Below are positions 27,785 through 38,114 of a stretch of 64,000 nucleotides of DNA, piece after piece. The stretch covers positions 256,001 to 320,000 of the forward strand of contig CAVURN010000001.1 in NCBI GenBank assembly GCA_963743915.1, in the 5' to 3' direction. Positions within the stretch are counted from its first letter, which is position 1; the number at the start of each line of letters is the position of its first letter. This stretch comes from an uncultured Actinomycetota bacterium. Its GTDB lineage: Bacteria > Actinomycetota > Actinomycetes > JAHEKZ01. Position numbers and translations under genes: made by a program. Below the pieces are notes generated by a model. It made no database searches. It was not told the DNA's origin and saw only the letters and a list, made by a program, of their open reading frames with translations.

Positions 27785-28434
27785 CCGACACCGACCAGCC
27801 GCCCACCGTCGTCCTCGTCGACGACCACCGGATGTTCCGCACCGGCGTCCGCACCGAGCTGGGCGACGCCGTGAGCGTGCTCGGGGAGGCGGACGACGTC
27901 GAGTCCGCCGCCGCGATGGTCGTCGAGCAGCAGCCCCAGGTGGTGCTGCTCGACGTGCACCTGCCCGGGGGAAACGGAGCCGAGGTCATCCGACGGGTGG
28001 GGGACCGGGCACCGCAGACGCGCTACCTCGCGCTCTCGGTGTCGGACGCCGCCGAGGACGTCATCGCCACCATCCGGGCGGGGGCACGCGGCTACGTGAC
28101 CAAGTCGATCAGTGGTCCTGACCTGGCCGCTGCCGTCCGGCGTGTGGCGGCCGGCGACGCCGTCTTCTCGCCCCGGCTTGCCGGATTCGTCCTCGACGCC
28201 TTCGCGGGCACGGTGGACGTGGCCGACGTCGACGAGGAGCTCGACCGACTGAGCCCGCGCGAGCAGGAGGTCATGCGGCTCATCGCGCGGGGCTACACCT
28301 ACCGTGAGGCGGCGTCGGAGCTCTTCCTGTCCGTCAAGACGATCGAGACGCACGTCTCCAGCGTGCTGCGCAAGCTGCAGTTGTCGAACCGCAACGAGCT
28401 CTCCCGCTGGGCCTCAGAGCGCCGACTGCTCTGA
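27781..28434 (+). CDS. NarL/LuxR response regulator
   Basis: VDDH, LLDVHLP, LSPREQEV...SVKTIETHVS. Confidence 0.95.
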   Translation: MTDTDQPPTVVLVDDHRMFRTGVRTELGDAVSVLGEADDVESAAAMVVEQQPQVVLLDVHLPGGNGAEVIRRVGDRAPQTRYLALSVSDAAEDVIATIRAGARGYVTKSISGPDLAAAVRRVAAGDAVFSPRLAGFVLDAFAGTVDVADVDEELDRLSPREQEVMRLIARGYTYREAASELFLSVKTIETHVSSVLRKLQLSNRNELSRWASERRLL

Positions 28435-28453
28435 CCCGCCCTAGGCTCGCCAC

Positions 28454-28795
28454 ATGGAGTTCCTCACGCACACGCTGGTGGTCCTGCACTTCATCGGCCT
28501 GGCGAGTCTGCTCGGGGGATTCCTGGTGCAGATGAAGTCATCGCCGCGGGTCGTCAACCCCGCGATGGTGCACGGCATCCTCACCCAGCTGGTGACGGGG
28601 GTGCTGCTCGTCGGCCTCGCCGAGGCCGACGACGCGGAGGTGGACCACGCCAAGATCGGCGTCAAGCTGGCCGTGGCCGTAGTCGTCGCGATCTTGGTGT
28701 TCGCCAACCGCAGGCGCGAGGCACTGTCCACGGGAGCGTGGGCCGCGATCGGCGGACTCACCATCGCCAACATCGTGGTCGCCGTCTTCTGGTAG
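28454..28795 (+). CDS. Integral membrane protein
   Basis: Four TM helices; TAGGCT leaderless -10 element. Confidence 0.8.
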   Translation: MEFLTHTLVVLHFIGLASLLGGFLVQMKSSPRVVNPAMVHGILTQLVTGVLLVGLAEADDAEVDHAKIGVKLAVAVVVAILVFANRRREALSTGAWAAIGGLTIANIVVAVFW

Positions 28796-28845
28796 CAGGC
28801 CTGCCGGGTGCGTGGCTGCTGCACGCAGTCGGCCGGTGTGCGCAG

Positions 28846-29574
28846 TCAGCCGGTGCGGACGATCTGGAAGGCCTCCGCGAGGCGGCCGGTGGGCAGCTCG
28901 AAGCGCTCCGCCGTCATCTCACCCCACGATCGGACGAACGACTCCAGGTCATCCATGTGCGCGGTCTGCGACTCGTGAGCCCGAAGCGCGGCGATCTTCT
29001 TCGGAAAGGTGTCGGTGATGTCGACGGCGTGGTTCGGCTGTGGACCGGCCATCACCCACACCTCCTCGACCGTCCACGCGTCGAGGCCTTCGTCGCCCAG
29101 CAGGGAGGCGTGGGCGAACGGGTTGCGGGCGTCGGGGTAGACCGCCTGGATGGCAGCCTCGCCGGCGGCCAGGTGGTCGGGGTGTGAGGCGGGGATCCGT
29201 TCCCAGTTGCGCTCCGGTGACTGGATCAGCATCCGCCGCGGTCGGACCTGGCGGATGACCCGGCTGATGTCGCGGCGCAGGTCGTGCGACACGGTCAGCT
29301 CACCGTCCCGGTAGCCGAGGAAGACGACGTCGTCGACGCCCCAGTGAGCCGCGGCGGCGCGCTGCTCCGCGCGTCGAATGCCCGGTATGTCCGATCGCGG
29401 CACGGCGGGGTCGAAGCCGCCGGCGTCCCCGTCGGTGATCACGCAGAGTGTCACGCCGATCCCGGCCGCCGTCCACTGCGCCAGGGTTCCCGAGGCGCCG
29501 AAGTCGACGTCGTCGGGGTGAGCGGTCACCACCAGGACCCGTTCGACCTCGGCATCAGTCAGGTGCTCGACCAC
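28846..29574 (-). CDS. PIG-L family deacetylase
   Basis: AHPDD, HPDH, AHESQ. Confidence 0.9.
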   Translation of the reverse strand: MVEHLTDAEVERVLVVTAHPDDVDFGASGTLAQWTAAGIGVTLCVITDGDAGGFDPAVPRSDIPGIRRAEQRAAAAHWGVDDVVFLGYRDGELTVSHDLRRDISRVIRQVRPRRMLIQSPERNWERIPASHPDHLAAGEAAIQAVYPDARNPFAHASLLGDEGLDAWTVEEVWVMAGPQPNHAVDITDTFPKKIAALRAHESQTAHMDDLESFVRSWGEMTAERFELPTGRLAEAFQIVRTG

Positions 29575-29695
29575 TGGGGGTCCTCCAGGCGAGTAGGTCC
29601 GGCATGGCTGGCCGGGGGTGGGCCAATCGGGTGAGACGCCCAGGTCATGGTAGGCAGGGCGCTACAGCGCGGCTCACCGGCCGCCGAACCTACCC

Positions 29696-31480
29696 ATGAT
29701 GCCCGTGACGACCGCCGCCCTCCGACTGCCCGCGCACCTGGTGCTGCTGGCGCTCCTCGCGACGCTGCTGCCGCTCCTCACCGCCCCGTCGGCGTCGGCC
29801 GCACCACCGCAACCGGACACGCCTTCGTTCGGACGCGACATCGAGGACTACGCGGCCTACGAGGCGAACACCATCTGTGATCCGGTGAACACTCCGGGGG
29901 CCGTGAAGCTCGCGAAGCTGATCCGGCGCACCTACGGCTCGGACGAGTCGATCGGCATCGCCCGCAACGCGTGCTACACCACCTCCGAGCACAACGACGG
30001 ACGCGCCCTGGACTGGATGGTCGACGCCACCACACGTGCGGGAAAGAGGAAGGCGAACACGTTCCTCGACTGGCTGCTGGCCACCGACGACGACGGGAAT
30101 CGGCACGCCATGGCGCGGCGGCTCGGCGTCATGTACATCATCCACGACCGACGGATCTGGCGTGCCTACGGCGACCCGGGGTGGGGGCCCTACTCGGGCA
30201 CCAACCCGCACACCGACCACATCCACATCAGTCTCAGCTACGACGGGTCGACCGGTCGCTCCTCGTTCTGGACGGGTGACGCACTCGCGGGCCCCTGCTC
30301 CACCGGCTCACTGCTGTCTGCTGCACCCCCCGTCGAGACGCAGCCGATGCGATACGTCCCTGTGGCGCCCACCCGGCTCGCCTCGACGGAGACCGGAAAG
30401 GGCATGCTCAGCGGTCCCTGCCGACTCGCCGATGGTCAGGACATCGACGTCCGGGTCACCGGGCGCGGGCCGGTCCCCTCCGAAGGTGTGGCAGCCGTGG
30501 CCCTGCAGGTCTCCATGCGGCGTCCGAACTGGGATTCGGGCCTGACCGCCGGTCCTGCCGGTGGTGACATCCCCGGCGTGCGACGACTGACCACCGCACA
30601 GAACGCGATCAGCTCCGGGCTCATGGTGCTCCCGGTGGGTGCGGACGGGAAGGTCAGCTTCGCCACCGACTTCGGTGCGACCGACCTTGCGGTGAGCGTG
30701 GTCGGGTTCTACGTCGACCCGGACGCCCCCCGCAGCGTGCGCCGTCAGGTCGCCGCGGACGGCGGCGACGAGCTCGACGCCGTGGCACCGCAGCGGTTGG
30801 CCGACAACCTCACCCTCGGGCCGTCGGACGCCGCCAAGGTCGAGGTGGCCGGACGCGCCGGAACCGATTCTGCCTCGAGCTCGGCGAGCGTGACCGTCAC
30901 CGTGGATGCCGGCGCGGGACGCGGTGACCTCTATGTCTACCCGGCGGGGGGCGAACGGCCTCGGGTCCCCGTCCTGTCCTACGACAGGGATGCCACCACC
31001 GTGCTCACATCGGTGCCGCTCGGTCGCCGCGGCAAGATCGTGCTCGAGAACACCGGTAAGGGTCGCCGCACCGTTGACCTCGACATCTCCGGCGCCTACG
31101 AACCAGCGGCGCTGGCCGGTGGACGCAGTCTGGCCCTCAGGAAGAACCCGCGCACCGTCGTCGACACCGCGGAGAACCTGGAGGTTGCCTCCTTCGGGGC
31201 CGGCACCACCAAGGACTTCTCGGTCGGCGACGCCGTGCCGCGGGACGCCGAGGCCGTCCTGCTGCAAGTGACGGTGAGGCGCGCGCGGCAGGGTGGAACC
31301 CTCACCTTCTGGGAGCCGGGGACAGAACGGCCCAACACCGTCGACCTGTCCGTCGTGCCAGGGGGCACCGTCACCGGGACCGTCCTGACCTCACTGGCGA
31401 ACGGGCGCAAGGTGCGTGTCAACAACACGGGCATCGAGCGCAGTGACGTTCGGATCACGGTGCTCGGGTCGTTCCAGTAG
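29696..31480 (+). CDS. Secreted protein: M15-like Zn peptidase domain plus beta-rich repeats
   Basis: Signal peptide; SEHNDGRALDW...HTDHIHIS. Confidence 0.7.
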   Translation: MMPVTTAALRLPAHLVLLALLATLLPLLTAPSASAAPPQPDTPSFGRDIEDYAAYEANTICDPVNTPGAVKLAKLIRRTYGSDESIGIARNACYTTSEHNDGRALDWMVDATTRAGKRKANTFLDWLLATDDDGNRHAMARRLGVMYIIHDRRIWRAYGDPGWGPYSGTNPHTDHIHISLSYDGSTGRSSFWTGDALAGPCSTGSLLSAAPPVETQPMRYVPVAPTRLASTETGKGMLSGPCRLADGQDIDVRVTGRGPVPSEGVAAVALQVSMRRPNWDSGLTAGPAGGDIPGVRRLTTAQNAISSGLMVLPVGADGKVSFATDFGATDLAVSVVGFYVDPDAPRSVRRQVAADGGDELDAVAPQRLADNLTLGPSDAAKVEVAGRAGTDSASSSASVTVTVDAGAGRGDLYVYPAGGERPRVPVLSYDRDATTVLTSVPLGRRGKIVLENTGKGRRTVDLDISGAYEPAALAGGRSLALRKNPRTVVDTAENLEVASFGAGTTKDFSVGDAVPRDAEAVLLQVTVRRARQGGTLTFWEPGTERPNTVDLSVVPGGTVTGTVLTSLANGRKVRVNNTGIERSDVRITVLGSFQ

Positions 31481-31555
31481 GCCTTCGGTCGGCCCGCCCC
31501 GACGCGCTCCGGCCGACTCCTCGGGCTGTCGGCTGAGCCACCTAGACTCCCGTCA

Positions 31556-33836
31556 GTGACCTCGCTCTTCGACGACCTCCCGGGCTTCACGGCGCCGCAG
31601 CCCGTCGAGATCTCACGCCCGGGGGTCACCGACACCCGCGCCCTGCTCGAAGGGCTCAACGACCCGCAGCGCGAGGCGGTCAAGCACGAGGGCAGTCCGC
31701 TGTTGATCGTGGCCGGTGCCGGCTCCGGCAAGACCCGGGTCCTGACCCACCGCATCGCCTACCTGCTCGCGGCCCGCGGCGCGCAGCCGGGGCAGATCCT
31801 GGCCATCACGTTCACCAACAAGGCGGCCGGCGAGATGAAGGAGCGCGTCGCCGCGCTGGTCGGGCCGCGGGCCAAGGCGATGTGGGTCAGCACCTTCCAC
31901 TCCGCCTGCGTCCGCATCCTCCGACGCGAGAGCAAACGTCTCGGCGTCTCCTCGTCGTTCTCGATCTACGACGCTGCCGATGCGCAGCGTCTGATGACCA
32001 TGGTCTGCCGGGATCTCGATCTCGATCCCAAGCGCTACCCACCCCGCTCCCTCGGTGCGCAGATCAGCAACCTCAAGAACGAGCTGGTCGACTGGGAGAC
32101 GTACGCCGGCACCGCAGCGAACGGCGTCGAGCAGGTGCTGGCCGAGGTGTACCGGCAGTACCAGCGGCGGCTACGGGACGCGAACGCCTTCGACTTCGAC
32201 GACCTCATCATGACGACGGTCAACCTGCTGCAGGCCTTCCCCGACGTGGCCGAGCACTACCGTCGCCGGTTCCGGCACGTCCTGGTGGACGAGTACCAGG
32301 ACACCAACCATGCGCAGTACGTGCTGGTGAAGGAGCTCGTCGGACCTCCCGGCGGGGACCTGCCGCCCGCCGAGCTGGCGGTGGTGGGCGATGCCGACCA
32401 GAGCATCTACGCGTTCCGCGGCGCGACGATCCGCAACATCCTGCAGTTCGAGGAGGACTTCCCGGACGCGCACACGATCCTGCTCGAGCAGAACTACCGC
32501 TCCACCCAGACGATCCTGTCCGCGGCGAACGCCGTCATCGCGCGCAACCTCAACCGCAAGCCGAAGAACCTGTGGAGTGACTCGGGGTCCGGCTGGCCGA
32601 TCGTGGGGTACGTGGCCGACAACGAGCACGACGAGGCGACGTTCGTCGCCGAGACGGTGGACGAGCTCTCCGACGCGGGCCACGCACACCCCCGCGACGT
32701 TGCGGTCTTCTACCGCACCAACGCGCAGTCGCGTGTCTTCGAGGAGGTGTTCATCCGGGTAGGGCTCCCGTACAAGGTCGTCGGCGGCGTCCGCTTCTAC
32801 GAGCGACGCGAGGTCCGGGACGCACTGGCCTACCTGCGGCTGCTGGCCAACCCGGACGACGTCGTGTCACTCCGGCGCGTCATCAACACCCCCAAGCGCG
32901 GCATCGGTGACCGGGCGGTCGCCCTGGTCGAGGTGTACGCCGAGCGCGAGCGGATCACCTTCGCCCAGGCTCTGGCCCGGGCCGGCTCGATCCCCGCGCT
33001 CCAGCCGCGGTCGGCCAAGGCGATCGGTGGCTTCGTGCGGCTCATCGACACGCTGCGGACGCTCGTCGAGGCGGGCACCGGACCGGCCACCGTGATCGAG
33101 GCCGTGCTCGAGCAGACCGGCTACCTCGCCGAGCTGCAGGCGTCCCACGACCCTCAGGACGAGTCGCGGGTCGAGAACCTCCGTGAGCTCGAGGCGGTGG
33201 CGCACGAGTTCGAGGACACCGCGCCGGACGGCACGCTTGCCGACTTCCTCGAGCGGGTGGCGCTCGTCGCCGACACCGATGAGATCCCTGAGGCAGGCGA
33301 CGACACCGGGGTGGTCACGCTGATGACGCTGCACACCGCCAAGGGGCTGGAGTTCCCCGTCGTGTTTCTCACGGGCATGGAGGACGGCGTCTTCCCGCAC
33401 ATGCGGTCGCTGGGGAACACCCAGGAGCTCGAGGAGGAGCGGCGACTCGCCTACGTCGGCATCACCCGGGCACGTGAGCGGCTGTACTTCAGTCGCGCGG
33501 TGATGCGTTCGGCGTGGGGGGCGCCGCAGTGGAACCCCCCGTCCCGCTTCCTCGAGGAGATCCCGGGCGAGCTGATCGACTGGCAGCGTGAGGACGCCGG
33601 GGTGTCCGCGCCCGAACCCGCCATCGCTCGCGGCGACACCGGTGCCCGGGCGCTCGCCCGGCACCCGTCCGATCGTCTCGTTGACCGCCGGTGACCGCGT
33701 CACGCACGACACCTTCGGGCTCGGCACGGTCGTGGCCACCGCCGGCGTCGCCGACAAGTCCGAAGCCACGATCGACTTCGGAGATGCGGGGATCAAGCGG
33801 TTGCTGCTCCGCTACGCACCGGTCGAGAAGCTCTGA
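31556..33836 (+). CDS. pcrA: ATP-dependent DNA helicase PcrA/UvrD (frameshift near 33620)
   Basis: AGAGSGKT, DEYQD, TLHTAKGLEF, C-terminal RLLLRYAPVEKL. Confidence 0.95.
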
Positions 33837-33840
33837 CGCC

Positions 33841-34546
33841 TCAGTACGCGCCGTTGCTCCGCAGCCACGGCAGCGGGTCGGCCGGCTCTGCCGCCGCCGG
33901 GGCGGTACTCGAAGTGCAGGTGGCTGCCGTAGCAGTTGCCGGTGCAGCCGACGTACCCGACGACGTCGCCGGCCTCCACCGCTCCGGAGGTCCGCTTGAA
34001 GCCGCTCATGTGCGCGTACCAGGACTGGGCACCGTCCGGATGAGTGATGACGAGCACGTTGCCGTACGCGTCGCTCCACGTCGCCGAGGTGATGGTTCCG
34101 GGTCCGGCCGCCATCACCGGCGTGCCGCTGGGGGCGGTGAAGTCCTGGCCGGTGTGGTAGCCGCTGCTCCACGTGGACCCCGCCTCGCCGAACGACGCGG
34201 ACCACCCCGCGCCAGGGACGGGCATGACCCACTGCGGAGCGCGACGCTCGGCGCGAGCGGCCGCACGTGCCTCGGCCCGGCGTTCCCGCTCGCGTCGCTC
34301 GGCGCGTCTCTGCGCGTGCACCAGCGGTTGGAGGTCGGCCCGCACCATGGGGCCTACCGGCTCTGCGCTGTGGGTGCCCGAGGTGCGCGTCACCTGCGCC
34401 GTCTGCGTCCCGGGTCCTTCGGCCGATGCGGCGCCGGGGGTGTGCACGAGGGCGAGTGCAGCCAGTGTGCAGACGGTCACCGTCATGGCCAGCAGTGTGG
34501 ACCGCCCCTCGAGCAGCTCGGAACGAGGGCGGGCGTGGACAGACAT
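33841..34546 (-). CDS. M23 family peptidase (frameshift near 3' end)
   Basis: HTGQD, YAH, HLHFE. Confidence 0.9.
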
Positions 34547-34649
34547 GCAGGAAGCTCCAGGGGAGGAATGCAGGGGCGGCGCGGCGGCCGAGCGGAGCGA
34601 CGGTAGCAACCAGGGCTGAGAGGCGTCTGAGAACCTGTGGATCAGCAGA

Positions 34650-34705
34650 GTGATACAGGTCACGTCCCCCGTGGCAAGAGGGCCGGGCAGCGTGACGCAT
34701 CTCAC
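34650..34705. promoter_or_regulatory. Two CRP/GlxR-like GTGA-N6-TCAC sites
   Basis: 34650-34663 and 34692-34705. Confidence 0.5.
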
Positions 34706-34767
34706 CGCGTCCGGGACGCTCCGTTACCCTGCGGGAGTCCGAAGGTGACCCGCGTGAGGAGGCGGTC

Positions 34768-35185
34768 GTGAGCACATCAGCCGTCCCGGCGTCCCCGATC
34801 CGCGTCGTCGTGGCCAAACCGGGCCTGGACGGGCACGACCGGGGCGCCAAGGTGGTGGCCCGAGCCCTGCGCGATGCCGGCGTCGAGGTCGTGTACACCG
34901 GTCTTCACCAGACTCCCGAGCAGATCGTCGATGCCGCCATCCAGGAGGACGCCGACGCGATCGGGCTCTCCGTGCTCTCGGGGGCCCACCTGACGCTCTT
35001 CCCCCGGGTGGTGCGAGCTCCTGGCCGAGCGCGGCGCGTCCGACATCGTGGTGTTCGGGGGCGGCATCATCCCGGACGCTGACATCCCGGTCCTCGAAGA
35101 GGCGGGCGTGGCCAAGGTGTTCACCCCCGGCGCCTCCACCCACGACATCGTCGAGTGGGTCAACAGCCACCTGCGAGCGTCCTGA
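34768..35185 (+). CDS. Cobalamin-binding acyl-CoA mutase small subunit (frameshift near 35015)
   Basis: [23 protein letters not shown]. Confidence 0.9.
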
Positions 35186-35384
35186 AGGCGAAGGGCCACC
35201 CGTTCTCCGCGCGCACTGCTTCTGACGCGCACCGTCGACCGCCGCACCCCATTGGGTGCCCTGTGACATCGCCTCCATTGATCGAAGGAATCGCCGTACC
35301 CATCGACAGCGCTCAGGTCGCAGTGACGGCGATGGGTGCCACCATCCCTGCAATAGATGAAGGCGGTGTCACAGGGCACCCACG

Positions 35385-37442
35385 TCAGAGAGCGATGCGC
35401 TCGCGGAGATAGGGGAGCGGCCGCATCGGGTCCGCGGTGTCGATCTCGCGCGCGAGCCGGTGGCCGTCGAAGACAGCCTCGCTGATGTGTCGCGGAGCCA
35501 CCGCGTCCCCGATGGCGTACACCGCCTCGACCCCGGCTGCCTCCAGGGCGGCCGGATCGTGGATCAGCTCCTGGTAGAGAGCGTCGTTCGACTGTTGCTG
35601 AGTGACGAGGACGACTCCGACACACGCCAGCGACCAGGCGTCGCCGAACATCTCCCCGACGACGCCTGACGCGCTCACCTCGGTCAGAGTCACGTCGCGG
35701 TGCGCGACGACGCCCAGCTCGTGCAGGTGCTGACGCAGCATGTCTCCCTCGAGCGACGCGTCAGAGGTTGGTGACACCACACCGAACGGCGTGACGAGGT
35801 GGACCTCGTGCCCTTCACCGGCGAGCAGCTCGGCGATCCCGGCACCCACGTAGTAGCCGTCGGCGTCGTAGACCACGACCGGCCCGGACGCCGGTCGCTT
35901 TCCCTCCAGCATCACCTGCTCGGGGGTCAGGACGTGGGGGAGCGATGCGTCCGCCCCGACGATGTCGTCGTGCTCAGGCTGGACGCCGTCGCCGCGCCAC
36001 GAGGATCCGGTCGCGACCACCACGATCTGTGCGCCGTAGTCGAGGACGTCCGCAGCGGTGAGCCGGCGTCCGGTGATCACCTCGACGTTGTCGAGCTTGT
36101 CGAGCTGGATCGCCCGGTAGTCGGTGATGCGTCCCCAGTCCCCGAGGGTCGGCAGTCGCCGGGCCCACCGCAGGCGTCCACCGATCTCTGGAGCCTCGTC
36201 GACCAGGTGCACCGCCTCGAAGCCCCGCTTGCCCAGGACCATGGCGCACTCCATGCCCGATGGACCGGCACCGACGACCAGCGCCGCGCGATCTGCGTTG
36301 GCGGCCGTGGTGAAGAGCTCAGGGTGCCACCCGCGCCGGTACTCCTCGCCGGCGGTGGCGTTCTGGATGCAGGCGACGTGGTTGTACGTCTCCTCGCGTG
36401 CGATGCAGACGTTCGAGCCGGTGCACTCACGCACCTCGTCGAGCTTCCCCGCTCGGATCTTCGAGGGGAGAAAGGGGTCGGCGATCGCCGGACGCGCAGC
36501 ACCGATGATGTCGAGGGCGCGGCTGCGGACGATCTCGGCCATCACGTCGGCCGAGGTGTACCGTCCGACCCCGACCACGGGCTTGTCGGTCGCCTCGCGC
36601 ACTCTGTCCGTCCACGGCCGCTCGTGCCCCTCCGGGTAGTAGCGGGAGGTCCCGGAGTCCTCGGGCCACACGCCGACGTTGACATCGAAGAGATCGACGA
36701 GTGGTGTCGCCATCCGGATCAGCTCGAGCATGTCATCGGTCTCGATGCCGGGCAGGCCCTCGCGACCGTTCACCGGGATCCGCGTGGCGACGGCACAGTC
36801 GGCGCCGACGGCGTCACGCACCTGCTCGAGCGTCTCGAGCCAGAAGCGGCCTCGGTTCTGCAGCGACCCGCCGTACTCGTCCGTGCGCTGGTTGAGGTGT
36901 GTCGAGAAGAACTGGGAGAGCAGGTACCCGTGGGCACCGTAGACGTAGACGATGTCGAACCCGACGTCGCGCGCGCGCCGAGCCGCCTCGACCCACTCCC
37001 GCTGGATACGCGCGATGTCGTCGGCGTCCATCTCCTTGGCCAGGCTTCCCCCGAACGAGTGTGCGCGATGCTGCGTCGGCGCGACGCGTGTGGCGCGCGA
37101 CTGGCCGTTCTCACTGTGCGCACCGCCGTGGAAGAGCTCGATGCCCGCCAGGGAGCCGTGCGCGTGCACGGCATCTGCGCACAGCCCGAGCGCTCGCGCA
37201 TCCCCGTCGTCCCAGAACAGCGCAGAGACGGCGGGCGACTCCTCACACTCCAGTGAGATCGACGTGTAGTCGACGCAGACGCCGCCCCAACCACCTTCCG
37301 CCTTGATGCCTCGGAAGGCGGCATGCGTACGGGGTCGCTCGACGCCGAAGCCGGACGCGTGCGGCACCTGGTAGAAGCGGTTGGGAAGGGTCTTGGGGCC
37401 GATGGCGATCGGCTCGAACAGCACGGCATGCCGGGGGTCCAC
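35385..37442 (-). CDS. Trimethylamine/histamine dehydrogenase-like flavin oxidoreductase
   Basis: LFEPIAIGPKTLPNRFYQVPH, YGAHGY, VGAGPSG. Confidence 0.9.
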   Translation of the reverse strand: MDPRHAVLFEPIAIGPKTLPNRFYQVPHASGFGVERPRTHAAFRGIKAEGGWGGVCVDYTSISLECEESPAVSALFWDDGDARALGLCADAVHAHGSLAGIELFHGGAHSENGQSRATRVAPTQHRAHSFGGSLAKEMDADDIARIQREWVEAARRARDVGFDIVYVYGAHGYLLSQFFSTHLNQRTDEYGGSLQNRGRFWLETLEQVRDAVGADCAVATRIPVNGREGLPGIETDDMLELIRMATPLVDLFDVNVGVWPEDSGTSRYYPEGHERPWTDRVREATDKPVVGVGRYTSADVMAEIVRSRALDIIGAARPAIADPFLPSKIRAGKLDEVRECTGSNVCIAREETYNHVACIQNATAGEEYRRGWHPELFTTAANADRAALVVGAGPSGMECAMVLGKRGFEAVHLVDEAPEIGGRLRWARRLPTLGDWGRITDYRAIQLDKLDNVEVITGRRLTAADVLDYGAQIVVVATGSSWRGDGVQPEHDDIVGADASLPHVLTPEQVMLEGKRPASGPVVVYDADGYYVGAGIAELLAGEGHEVHLVTPFGVVSPTSDASLEGDMLRQHLHELGVVAHRDVTLTEVSASGVVGEMFGDAWSLACVGVVLVTQQQSNDALYQELIHDPAALEAAGVEAVYAIGDAVAPRHISEAVFDGHRLAREIDTADPMRPLPYLRERIAL

Positions 37443-37464
37443 TGCTCACGCTCCTCGTTGTGGC

Positions 37465-37482
37465 TGACTCACCAGTCAGTCA
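37465..37482. promoter_or_regulatory. Operator palindrome TGACT-N8-AGTCA
   Basis: Matches 57550-57567. Confidence 0.6.
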
Positions 37483-37556
37483 GGGCAGCATGCCACGGCG
37501 TCGACCGAACCGATCGTTCACGCGTGCAGGGCGACACGGTGCCCGCACCTCGCGTA

Positions 37557-37570
37557 TACCCCCTGGGGTA
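37557..37570. promoter_or_regulatory. CsoR-type operator TACCCCCTGGGGTA
   Basis: C/G-tract palindrome directly upstream of the CxxC membrane protein. Confidence 0.65.
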
Positions 37571-37583
37571 CCGTGTCCCGGTG

Positions 37584-38066
37584 ATGAGAGATGTGCGTGC
37601 GATGGCCGGGTGGCCGATGCGCCGCTGGCTGGCGGCCGCCCTCGGTGCGGTGACCACGTTGCTCGCGATCGCGCTGCCGACCGCGATGATCGACAACCCC
37701 GTCTTCGGACGCGCCGTGCCGGTGACGGCGTGGGCCTGGCCGGCGCTGCTCGCCGCAGGCATGGCGTCCGGCCTGCTGCTCGCGACGTACGTGCGCACGC
37801 CGACGCAGGTCGACGACTCGGGTGGCCGGGCGGGTGCGGCAGGGGCCCTCCTGACCTTCTTCGCCGTCGGCTGCCCGGTCTGCAACAAGGTGGTCCTGCT
37901 CGTGCTCGGCACCACCGGGGCGCTGCAGTGGTTCGCCCCGGTTCAGCCGGTGCTGGCCGTTGCGGCCCTCGTGCTGCTGCTGTGGGCGTTGCGCGTGCGA
38001 CTGCGCGGCGAGGCCGCCTGCGTCGTCGTCGTACCAGCGACAGCTGCCGCCGACAGCCCGCACTGA
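37584..38066 (+). CDS. Membrane protein with GCPVCNK motif
   Basis: Several TM helices and a CxxC motif. Confidence 0.8.
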   Translation: MRDVRAMAGWPMRRWLAAALGAVTTLLAIALPTAMIDNPVFGRAVPVTAWAWPALLAAGMASGLLLATYVRTPTQVDDSGGRAGAAGALLTFFAVGCPVCNKVVLLVLGTTGALQWFAPVQPVLAVAALVLLLWALRVRLRGEAACVVVVPATAAADSPH

Positions 38067-38114
38067 GGCACGGCAGGCCTGTGCCGTCGGTGCGGCCGGC
38101 GATAGCGTCGCGTC

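Noticed and set aside
34547-34720. c-di-AMP (ydaO) riboswitch upstream of the M23 gene
   Set aside because: The conserved GCTGAATCC and GGGGAACC elements are absent
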